Below, piece after piece: positions 1 through 8,060 of a stretch of 64,000 nucleotides of DNA. The first letter of the stretch is position 1. Every line of letters begins with the position of its first letter. The notes beneath the pieces were generated by a model. It ran no database searches. It saw only the letters and a program-made list of their open reading frames with translations, and had not been told where the DNA came from. Source of the stretch: a virus. The DNA lies in the IMG/VR virus record IMGVR_UViG_3300042922_000982, positions 1 to 64,000 of that record. The stretch is one strand, 5' to 3'. The position numbers and the translations under genes were made by a program.

Positions 1-30
1 GCCGGGCCACGCCCTGGGGCGTGGCCCGGC
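1..30 (-). terminator. 13-bp GC hairpin just downstream of the DUF4815-type gene
   Basis: gccgggccacgcc-ctgg-ggcgtggcccggc perfect stem; any U-tract would lie outside the window. Confidence 0.55.
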
Positions 31-41
31 CCCGGCCGGTG

Positions 42-3000
42 CTACAGGATCAGGGTGCTCACCTTCTCCACTTCGGGCAGGCTCGTCGGCGTGGACGCCT
101 CGAGGTCGACCCGCGTGCGCAGCTTGTTGTTCGGGGTGCCGAACGCCACCGCGTACTCGTACTCGTAGAGGTTGGTCCCCGCGATGGCACGAGACGCCAC
201 CTGGTTGGCCGTCGCCCAGGTGGTGCCGCCGTCGTTGGTCAGGAAGACCTTGGTGTTGGTGCCGGGCGGCAGCAAGCTCTCCAGGTACACCTTCGCGTTC
301 GACACGCTCTGCAACAGGGTCGTTTGCAGGCTCACGTACGAGCTGGCCACCTCGGCCTTGTACGTCTTGAGCAGGACGTTCTGGGTGCTCACCGCCACGC
401 CCGCGTTGGCCTTGGTCGTGTTGGCGATCGCCTGGACCGTCAGGCTGAAGGCGACCTCGGCGAGCAGGATCTCGCGAGTGGGGTCGAAGGGCGCCCAGGT
501 GAGGCCGTCGTCGGTCGAGTACTGCCACGCGATCGTCGCGCCCTGCATGACCCGCTGGTTGACCGCCAGGTTGAACCCGGTGATGCCGAGCGGGTAGTCC
601 TGCCGCGCGAACACCAGCTTGTACGAGCCGGTCGTCGCGTAGGCGGCCATCAGCACGTCGAAGCGCAGGTCCTTGTCCTGGTACGGGGTCCAGGTGCGGC
701 CGTCGGAGCTTGCCAGCATCACGCCGCGCCCGTAGGCGTTGCTCGTGATGTAGCCGCCTGCGGGCCCCAAATTGCGCTTGGACAGCTCGGCGAATTGCAG
801 GCGGTACGCCGCCGAGTCGGAGGCGGCCACGACCGTGTAGCCGACGTCGCCGTCTTGCGGCAGCGGCTCGTCGAGGACGAACTTGGTGGGCTGCCCGTTG
901 ACGTTGACCTCGGAGGGCTGGAACACGCGCAGCGCCAGGATCTCCTCGCTGGGGATGCCGCTTTGCGTGCTGCGCACCGTCACCACGACCGGCTTGGTGG
1001 TGTCCTTGGAGGCGAAGTAGAGCCACACCTCGGTCAGGTCGCCCGCCACCTCGTTGACGTACGTCTGCGCCACGGGGTCGCGGCGCGGCCAGCGGATGTT
1101 GCTGCCGACCACCGAGCGCGGCACGCCGCCCGCGCCCTCGGCCGTCACGATGCTCGTCGCCGTCAGGAACCGGGTGAAGGTGTGGCTGAACGCGCCCTGC
1201 GCGTTGGCCGCCACCGTCGCCACGCTCACGCCGTCGACCCGAATGACGATCCCGGCCTCGTTGGGCTGGAAGTTGACGCCCTTGACGGTGAGCGCGCCCG
1301 TGAAGCCACGGCTCACGCCCGACCACGCCTGCGCCGAGGTCGTGATCAAAGGCGGGATGAACTCGTAGTTGCTGAACGGGTTGACCGAGATGGCGTCCGA
1401 GTACTTGTTCTGGCTCACCTTGGCCACGCTGGTGTAGGGCAGGCCTGCCCAATTCCCGCGCTGCACGAAGGTCGTCTTGACCGCGTCGATCGCGAGCGAC
1501 ACCTCGGCCTCGGTGCGGGCCATCTTCAGCCGCTCGCCTTCGATGCGCGCCTTCTTCTTGCCGGGCAGGGCGAGGAAGGCCGCGTTCTGGTCGAATTGGC
1601 GGTCATCGAAGAAGGGGTCGGTCACGATGCCCTTCATGGCGCTGTTGCGATCGCGCAGGGCCACTGACGCGGCCAGTTGCGCCACGTTGTAGCTCAGGTC
1701 GTCGACCTTGCGCTTGATCGCCGCGTGCTCGGCCATCGGCACGCCCACCACGAAGCGCTCGGTGAAGGTGACGGCCGACACGCCGTAGCGCACCAGCATC
1801 TCCCAGAGCCCCATGGCGCCCACCGGCACCGGGGGCGGCGCCGGGTGATCCGAGGGCGCGCCGGGCAGAATTTCGAGCCCGTTGGCGCCCAGGATCACGT
1901 AGTCCACGCGGTTCTGGCCGTACTTGTACTTCAGGGTGAACGGCAGCGTGTCGACCGGCCGCTTGGCGCCCGTGAACGTGATGTTCTGCCCGTCGTAGGT
2001 GAACTCGCCTGCGGGCCAGGTGCGGCTGTAGCGGTAGGTCACCTCGTACGTGCTGCCCTCGATCGGATCGTCGCCGGTGGCCGGGCTCCAGTCGATGGTG
2101 TCGCCGTTTTGGATCACGGTGCCGCCGGGGCCGACCGCGTAGACCGTCGCGCCCTGGCGCACGTCGAGCACCTGGTAAACCGGCGTGTTGGGCAATTCGT
2201 CCTGGCCGCCCGGCACCGGGCCGCGCGTGATCAATACGGTGTCCTCGATGATGCCGACCAGCTCCAGCACCTCGATCAGCGGCGTTTTCGCCACCTTGTA
2301 GGTGTCGGTGCCCGCGTAGTACACATGGTTCTCGTTGCTGCGCACGGCGAAGCCGGTCTGCAACGGCGCCGTCAGCACCTCGGGCTCTTCGAGGTAGTGG
2401 CTGCGGCCGTCCGGCGTATAGCCGTCGAGCGGCTCGATCTTCACCTTCACCTGCGTGGCGTCGGTGAGATCCTGCGTGATCGACGGCGTGGCGCCCTTGG
2501 TGGGCATCACGAAGCCGCCCGATTGGTTCTTCATGCGGCGCGCCAACGCCGACAGCAGGCCCGGCTGGCCCTCGGTGGCCTTGGAGTCGAGGCGATCCTC
2601 GGGCAAGGAGCGCGGCAGGATGCGCTCGCCGTCGAGCGGGTTGCTCGTGCGCGTCAGGTCGATTTCCGACCGCTCGACCACCGCCATGACCTGGCCCGTG
2701 GCGCGATCGATCTGGAAGATGGGCTCGGCCACCCGCCACAGGTACTGCGGCGCCGTCGGCGTCGGGTCGACGGCGGGCTCGGGGTCGGTGGTGTCGGTTG
2801 TGACCAGCTGCGTCTTTTCGACCACCGAGTCGTTGCCGGGCGCGCCCGTGGTCGGGTGCTCCAGGTACTCGTAGAGGTCGCCCTCGTAGTACCGCGCGGC
2901 CAGCTCTGCGTAGATCACGTCGATGCCCTCGGCCTTGGTGGGGTCGAGCACCAGCGTCTGCTCGGCGAACGCGCGCGGGTAGCCCGCCAATTGCACCGAG

Positions 3001-3704
3001 CCCTCAACGAAGGTGACCCGGTTGCCCGGCGCCGTGGCCGCAGCCCCGTTGGTGGCCACGTAGGCGCCCGCTTCCAGCGGCTCGCCGTCGAGCTTGCGCT
3101 CGAATTGGGCATGCGAGATGAAGCACGTACCCGGCTGGCTGCCGGGGCCCGGCCGCACGCGCAGCGTCGCCTCGGTGGCGCCCACGCCCCAATCGGCGAT
3201 CGGGATCTCGTAGCGCGTGATCGTGCCGGTGAGCGTCAGGTTCGTGACGGCAATCTCCGTCACGCCGTTCCAGACGCTGAGCCGCACGTTGGGCGTGGTG
3301 TCGAGCTGAAGGTCGACGCTCACCACGCCCCGGCCGGTGGGCGTACCCAGGCTCTCGGAAATGAAGGCGTCTTGCCCCAGGGCGCCGACCAGGCGCGAGG
3401 CCACCGTGTCGCCGTAGCGGTCGAGCGCGGCGGCGGGCGTGACCCCGGCGCTGTTCTCGGCCGTCCAGGCGGTGAAATCGTTGCTGTGGGGCAGCTCGTT
3501 GGTCACCGGCAGCACGGTCGGGACCATGCCGCGCACCACGAAGCCCTCGGGGTACAGGCTCTCGGCCACGCGCGCCACCTTGGCGTCCTGGTTGTAGCTC
3601 AAGCGCCGCAATTCGTGAGCGCCGAGCGGCTTGTCGCCCGCGAAGGCGATCGCGATCTCCTTGTCAAACGGCGTGTTGTCGTCGCGAATGATACGGGTCA
3701 CCAC
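42..3704 (-). CDS. Large baseplate/virion protein, DUF4815-like, with an N-terminal carbohydrate-binding-like insert
   Basis: 1220 aa, GTG start after AGGAGG; motifs KGIVTDPFFDD, ISVNPF, DPVAQT, EVWLYFASKD, WTPYQDKDLRF resemble DUF4815 proteins of SPO1/Twort-like phages. Confidence 0.75.
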   Translation of the reverse strand: MVTRIIRDDNTPFDKEIAIAFAGDKPLGAHELRRLSYNQDAKVARVAESLYPEGFVVRGMVPTVLPVTNELPHSNDFTAWTAENSAGVTPAAALDRYGDTVASRLVGALGQDAFISESLGTPTGRGVVSVDLQLDTTPNVRLSVWNGVTEIAVTNLTLTGTITRYEIPIADWGVGATEATLRVRPGPGSQPGTCFISHAQFERKLDGEPLEAGAYVATNGAAATAPGNRVTFVEGSVQLAGYPRAFAEQTLVLDPTKAEGIDVIYAELAARYYEGDLYEYLEHPTTGAPGNDSVVEKTQLVTTDTTDPEPAVDPTPTAPQYLWRVAEPIFQIDRATGQVMAVVERSEIDLTRTSNPLDGERILPRSLPEDRLDSKATEGQPGLLSALARRMKNQSGGFVMPTKGATPSITQDLTDATQVKVKIEPLDGYTPDGRSHYLEEPEVLTAPLQTGFAVRSNENHVYYAGTDTYKVAKTPLIEVLELVGIIEDTVLITRGPVPGGQDELPNTPVYQVLDVRQGATVYAVGPGGTVIQNGDTIDWSPATGDDPIEGSTYEVTYRYSRTWPAGEFTYDGQNITFTGAKRPVDTLPFTLKYKYGQNRVDYVILGANGLEILPGAPSDHPAPPPVPVGAMGLWEMLVRYGVSAVTFTERFVVGVPMAEHAAIKRKVDDLSYNVAQLAASVALRDRNSAMKGIVTDPFFDDRQFDQNAAFLALPGKKKARIEGERLKMARTEAEVSLAIDAVKTTFVQRGNWAGLPYTSVAKVSQNKYSDAISVNPFSNYEFIPPLITTSAQAWSGVSRGFTGALTVKGVNFQPNEAGIVIRVDGVSVATVAANAQGAFSHTFTRFLTATSIVTAEGAGGVPRSVVGSNIRWPRRDPVAQTYVNEVAGDLTEVWLYFASKDTTKPVVVTVRSTQSGIPSEEILALRVFQPSEVNVNGQPTKFVLDEPLPQDGDVGYTVVAASDSAAYRLQFAELSKRNLGPAGGYITSNAYGRGVMLASSDGRTWTPYQDKDLRFDVLMAAYATTGSYKLVFARQDYPLGITGFNLAVNQRVMQGATIAWQYSTDDGLTWAPFDPTREILLAEVAFSLTVQAIANTTKANAGVAVSTQNVLLKTYKAEVASSYVSLQTTLLQSVSNAKVYLESLLPPGTNTKVFLTNDGGTTWATANQVASRAIAGTNLYEYEYAVAFGTPNNKLRTRVDLEASTPTSLPEVEKVSTLIL

Positions 3705-3712
3705 CGGCCTCC

Positions 3713-4243
3713 TTAATTCGTGCCGTCGATGCGGACGCGGCGGTTGAATACCTTGTTCGCGTACATCGAGTCGGCGGGGATGTTCACCAAGTAGAAGGGC
3801 TGCCCAGCCGTCGTCACCTGGGCGGGCACCGCGAAGCCGGGCACCGAGCAGACCGAGTCGGTAAAGAGGCCGATCTCGCAGATGATCGTGCCGTTGATCG
3901 TGTTGGCGGGGATCTCGAACTCGAACTCGATGTCGGCGGAAGGCGCCGTGGCCCCGTCCGGATCCGCCGCAGCGGCGTCGATCTCGGTCTGCGTGGCGTA
4001 GCGGTAGGTCGTCGGATCACCGTCAAAGACGATCGTGCCCGCCGGATCGCGCACCAGGTAGCGCACCGCCAGGATGGGCACCCGGCCGATCTCGGCGACC
4101 AGGCCGTCCCCGTCGTAATCCTCGAGCGGCGGGTTGAACTTGTCGGGCCAGTCGCCCGCGCCGACCGCGCCGTGCGTGACGTGCTGGGCCAGCCAGTAGA
4201 CGAACGCCCGCTTCCCACGCTCCGTGACCAAACCACGCGACAT
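3713..4243 (-). CDS. Baseplate wedge-type structural protein
   Basis: Start reassigned to ATG 4243 (GGAGG 7 nt upstream); AVGAG...L.AEIGR...EIGLF pattern; precedes the DUF4815-like gene. Confidence 0.6.
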   Translation of the reverse strand: MSRGLVTERGKRAFVYWLAQHVTHGAVGAGDWPDKFNPPLEDYDGDGLVAEIGRVPILAVRYLVRDPAGTIVFDGDPTTYRYATQTEIDAAAADPDGATAPSADIEFEFEIPANTINGTIICEIGLFTDSVCSVPGFAVPAQVTTAGQPFYLVNIPADSMYANKVFNRRVRIDGTN

Positions 4244-4273
4244 AGCCATACCTCCTATGCTTGCACGTCTCAG

Positions 4274-4313
4274 ATGGTAGCGAAAAACCTGGCGCAAACC
4301 GTCCCATTTGCCA
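4274..4313 (-). promoter_or_regulatory. Late-type promoter TGGCAAA-N27-TACCAT
   Basis: Same motif and spacing at 31981, 16532 and 46228; lies between a terminator and an RBS. Confidence 0.65.
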
Positions 4314-4333
4314 CCCCGCAGCAAACAACCAGC

Positions 4334-4366
4334 AAAAAGGCCCACCCCGTGAGGGATGAGCCTTTT
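4334..4366. terminator. Rho-independent, possibly bidirectional terminator
   Basis: aaaaaggcccaccc-cgtga-gggatgagcctttt, hairpin flanked by A and T tracts. Confidence 0.7.
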
Positions 4367-4412
4367 ACCTTGGGGCGCCTGAAAGGCCCCCTGCTTTCGC
4401 AAGTCGTGAGGA

Positions 4413-4850
4413 CTAGGTGCGGCGGTAGCGCACGATCACCGTCGCCGAGCTGGCGCCCGACGGCTGATTGACGTCTGATGTGATGTTCACGCTCATGATC
4501 GTGCCCTTGGCCCAGTTGCGCTTGGCCGGGTCGACCACCGCCGCCTGGCCGCCCGCCGTGACGCCCGACATGCCCCACACGCCGGAATTTCCCGGCACGC
4601 GCGGCTTCGTGGACAAGACCGTGGCCAGCGCGCCGTCGGGGGAGCCCGCCACCAGGTCGATCTCGGTGTAGCCGCCGGAACCCGGCTGCTCGACCACCAG
4701 GATCACGTCGAGGATGGCGAGGGCGAACGGCGCCACGAAGGCCCCGGCCGCGTTGGTGAACGTGGCCGGGTACGCGCCGGATAGCTCGAACGCGTAGCTC
4801 AGCTCGTCGATGTAGGTTTTCGGAAGTGAGCCCTTGTGAATTTCGCCCAT
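4413..4850 (-). CDS. Hypothetical virion protein (beta-rich)
   Basis: 145 aa ORF in the structural operon with RBS. Confidence 0.6.
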   Translation of the reverse strand: MGEIHKGSLPKTYIDELSYAFELSGAYPATFTNAAGAFVAPFALAILDVILVVEQPGSGGYTEIDLVAGSPDGALATVLSTKPRVPGNSGVWGMSGVTAGGQAAVVDPAKRNWAKGTIMSVNITSDVNQPSGASSATVIVRYRRT

Positions 4851-4860
4851 GATGCCCTCT

Positions 4861-5229
4861 CTATCCCACGATCACGGTGCCATGCAACCGCTCGACCACC
4901 TTGCCCTTGGGCTTGACCAGCCACACGTCGCCGCCGTCGATCATGCGCACGATATTCCCCGCGCTCTCGGTCGTGTCAGGCGTCGCGCCCTCCTCGATCA
5001 CCGGATCACCGTTGTCGTCGAGGACCGGCTTGCCGCCCTCCTGCTTGACCCTGGCGGGCGCGCCCGGCTTGCGCACGGTGGCCGATTGCCACTCGACCAC
5101 CTTCTGGTAGTCCTCGGCGCTCAGCAAGGTGACCGCGCGCCCCTGCCCCACCACGAGCCAGTCGATGCCGTGATGCGGCTGGTTGGCGAACAGGTCGACC
5201 GAATTTTCGTCTTTTTTAACGATGTACAT
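4861..5229 (-). CDS. Hypothetical protein (possible fibre assembly factor)
   Basis: 122 aa, AGGAG RBS, follows the glycine-rich genes. Confidence 0.55.
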   Translation of the reverse strand: MYIVKKDENSVDLFANQPHHGIDWLVVGQGRAVTLLSAEDYQKVVEWQSATVRKPGAPARVKQEGGKPVLDDNGDPVIEEGATPDTTESAGNIVRMIDGGDVWLVKPKGKVVERLHGTVIVG

Positions 5230-5238
5230 GGTGATCTC

Positions 5239-5952
5239 CTACCACTCGACGATGCAGTAGCCGGGGCCGCCCGCGCCGCCCGCCGTGGCGGTGCCGCCCG
5301 CCGTGCCCGCCGTGCCGCCCGCGCCGATCGTGACCGTGATGGCGCTCCCCGGCGTGACCGCCACCGGCCGCCGCACGAAGTACTCGCCGCCGCCCCCGCC
5401 CGCCCCGCCATAGGCCGTGCCCGTGCCGGTGTAGTTGCCGCCCGCGCCGCCGCCGCCACGAATGCCCAGCAGGCCAACCACCGACGTTCCTGCGTTCGAG
5501 TTGGTCCCGCCCGGCCCGAAGCTTCCGCCGCCGCCGCCGCCGCAGGTCTTCGCCCCACTGCCGTTGGCGGGGCCACCCGGCTGGGCGACGCCCCTGATGC
5601 CGCCCCCCGCGCCACCCTGCCCGAGGAATCCCTGGCTGGTGTAGAAGCCGCCAGCGGCACCGCCCACGCCACCCGGCTGGCCGCCGAGAAGCGACGCGCC
5701 GCCGAGCCCGCCTCGGGCCGTGAGCAAGGAACCGAACGTGGTGTCGCCGCCGTTTCCGCCCGCGCCACCCGATGCCCCGCCCTGGCCGCCGCCGCCGCCG
5801 CCGACGAGCGTCACCCAGACCGTGCTCACGCCCGCTGGGACATTGAAGGTGTTGGCGCCCGTCGTGACGATGTGCTCGATGTTCCTGAACTGGATGTCCT
5901 CGGGCGCGACGAGCGCCTGCTGCCCGGAACCGCTACTGGTGAAAGTTGCCAT
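5239..5952 (-). CDS. Glycine-rich domain tail fibre/adhesin protein (paralog 2)
   Basis: FNVPAGV.TVWVTLVGGGGGG...GAGG...GYCIVEW polyglycine-type domain. Confidence 0.7.
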   Translation of the reverse strand: MATFTSSGSGQQALVAPEDIQFRNIEHIVTTGANTFNVPAGVSTVWVTLVGGGGGGQGGASGGAGGNGGDTTFGSLLTARGGLGGASLLGGQPGGVGGAAGGFYTSQGFLGQGGAGGGIRGVAQPGGPANGSGAKTCGGGGGGSFGPGGTNSNAGTSVVGLLGIRGGGGAGGNYTGTGTAYGGAGGGGGEYFVRRPVAVTPGSAITVTIGAGGTAGTAGGTATAGGAGGPGYCIVEW

Positions 5953-5967
5953 GACCTTACTCCCCCG

Positions 5968-6645
5968 CTACCACTCGACCAGGCAGTAGCCCGATCCGCC
6001 AGCCGTCCCGGCGCGCATGGAGCCGTTGGCGGCCCCGCCCGCGCCGCCCGCGCCTATGGTCACGGCGATCACGTCGCCCGGCGTCACGGGGACCGCCTGA
6101 CGAATGAGCACCGCTCCGCCGCCGCCGCCCGGCGAGCCATTGGCCGCGCCCGTGCCCGTGTAGGCGCCGCCCGCGCCGCCGCCGCCCAAGACGCCAGGCG
6201 TGGTGCCCGCCGAGAACTGAACCGAACAGCCCCCCGGCCCGAAGCTGCCGCCACCGCCACCGCCGCCCGAAGGCCCCGAACCAGGCCCGCACCCGGAACC
6301 GGGGGTCGCCTGGCCGTACATGCCCGAGCCCTTGCCGCCAAGACCGCTCTCGGTATTGAGCACGGAAGCGCCGCCGCCCGCCGCCCCGCCCCAGGGGCCG
6401 CCCGGCCTGCCGCCCTCGCCGCTCGCGCCGCCACCGCCGCCGTTGGCGATCAGGTAGTCGAACGTGCTGGCGCCGCCACCGCCGCCCACATTGGGGTTGC
6501 TGGCGCCGCCGCCGCCGCCGCCGACAAGCGTCACCCAGACCGTGGTCACGCCCGCCGGAACGGCGAAGTTGCCGCTGGCCCGGTACTCGATCGCGTTGGT
6601 AAAGGTGGGCGGGGTCGTTGCGCCACCTGCCGAAAAGGTCGCCAT
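5968..6645 (-). CDS. Glycine-rich domain tail fibre/adhesin protein (paralog 1)
   Basis: Start reassigned to ATG 6645 (AGGAG RBS; MATF start as in paralog 2); same architecture ending GYCLVEW. Confidence 0.7.
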   Translation of the reverse strand: MATFSAGGATTPPTFTNAIEYRASGNFAVPAGVTTVWVTLVGGGGGGASNPNVGGGGGASTFDYLIANGGGGGASGEGGRPGGPWGGAAGGGASVLNTESGLGGKGSGMYGQATPGSGCGPGSGPSGGGGGGGSFGPGGCSVQFSAGTTPGVLGGGGAGGAYTGTGAANGSPGGGGGAVLIRQAVPVTPGDVIAVTIGAGGAGGAANGSMRAGTAGGSGYCLVEW

Positions 6646-6743
6646 GGAATCGTCTCCTGTGAGGGTGCGCGTCACACCTGCTGTCAGCCTACCAAACAAC
6701 CGGGCGCCAGGGCGGGAAAGTGACACCCGCCCCAGCTAACACG

Positions 6744-7556
6744 CTAGGCGAAGGAGAGGGCAAACGACGAGGTGTTAAACCCGTCGGTCGTGGGTGCTGT
6801 ATTGTTGCCAGCACTTGCGTTTAGCGAGCAGTAATACCGATAGTTGGTATTGGCGCTAATGTACGCCTTTACGGTGATTGCCAGCCTGTAGCCCTCCGGA
6901 ATGGCATACCCGGCACCGTAGTCGGCTGCCAAGCTGTAGGTTTTAAGTGCGTACGTGGTGCCCGCGTTGGAGAGCAAGGATGCACCCTGCACGGTCTTTG
7001 TGTTCAGGGCCGTGACGACGCCACCTGGACTAACGATCTCCAAGATTACGTCCAGGCGGGTCAGGGTGCTAGGAATTCCGGCGCTATTTGATGCCAGGCC
7101 CACCGAGACGACCGCTGAAAGACCTGTAACGGTGCAGGCGGCCAGCTCAGGGCCCAGGAATCGTTTATCCTGCGCGAGTAGCTCGGAGCCTGCCACCTGG
7201 AAGTTTCCCTGATCGAGAACGTCGTTCACGTTGGGGATCTTGAAGTTGTCGAACGGATCGAGGTACAGGGCCCCATGGGTGGCGTTCCCCAGGTAGCTAC
7301 CGGCCGCCGCCACCACAGCGCGGAATCTCACGGGCTGGGCGCCGGTCACCAGAAGGGGGATGGCGACAAGCCCGGCTGGCAAGGCATCCGGCTCGATCTG
7401 CCCCGCATCGTTGTAGGTGACGACATGCCCCTCGGCCGCCGAGGTGCCGACGCCCGCCGGTGCCGCCGCCTTGAGGCTGCCGTCGGCGCCGCGAACGGGA
7501 ATGGTGCCGGGGGTGGCGGCCACCACCCCGCCGACCATGGCTGAGTCAAGCTTCAT
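6744..7556 (-). CDS. Tail fibre-related protein with a lower-GC C-terminal domain
   Basis: 270 aa; N-terminal segment AAAPAGVGTSAAEGHVVTYN shared with 8061-10460. Confidence 0.6.
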   Translation of the reverse strand: MKLDSAMVGGVVAATPGTIPVRGADGSLKAAAPAGVGTSAAEGHVVTYNDAGQIEPDALPAGLVAIPLLVTGAQPVRFRAVVAAAGSYLGNATHGALYLDPFDNFKIPNVNDVLDQGNFQVAGSELLAQDKRFLGPELAACTVTGLSAVVSVGLASNSAGIPSTLTRLDVILEIVSPGGVVTALNTKTVQGASLLSNAGTTYALKTYSLAADYGAGYAIPEGYRLAITVKAYISANTNYRYYCSLNASAGNNTAPTTDGFNTSSFALSFA

Positions 7557-7570
7557 TTGAGCCCCTCCCC

Positions 7571-8059
7571 TTACTCGGCATCGCCGATGTCGTCGGCTTG
7601 CTGCGCGGCGTCCAGCTCAGCCTGGGCGGCCTCGATGGCCGCCTGCTCGGCCGCCACGCGCGCCGCTTCGATGGCCGCGCGCACCGCGTCGATCGTGGCC
7701 GTCCGCGCGTGAGCGACGGCCTTGGTCGCGGCGGCGCCCTCGGCGAACGCGAGCGCCACGGCCTCCGACATGGGCACGAAGCCGGGCACGCCGGGGGTAT
7801 GGCCCTGCAAGACGCCGACCTGGCCCTTGAAGGTGTCGGTCACGATCGCCACGGCGTCCGGCGTGAAGGGCAAGCTGGCCAGCACCTGCTCGGCCGGGCA
7901 CTCGTTGATCGCCGAGACCTTGTCCCAGACGCCCGGCACGAACCGGGCCGAGTGCTCCAGGGCGATGGTCTTGTGATCGATGCTGGCCAGGCCCGCCTGG
8001 GTGTCCTCGATCGAGGCGCCGAGCGCCTCGGCGATGTCATTGACGTCCGCTTGGTACAT
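7571..8059 (-). CDS. Hypothetical protein (possible fibre chaperone)
   Basis: 162 aa, coupled to the upstream fibre gene, Ala-rich helical C-terminus. Confidence 0.55.
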   Translation of the reverse strand: MYQADVNDIAEALGASIEDTQAGLASIDHKTIALEHSARFVPGVWDKVSAINECPAEQVLASLPFTPDAVAIVTDTFKGQVGVLQGHTPGVPGFVPMSEAVALAFAEGAAATKAVAHARTATIDAVRAAIEAARVAAEQAAIEAAQAELDAAQQADDIGDAE

Positions 8060-8060
8060 A

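Noticed and set aside
4290-4310. Sigma-54 promoter (GG-N10-GC in tgggacggtttgcgc)
   Set aside because: The spacing is not reproduced at the three sister sites, which share a TAnnnT -10 box instead.
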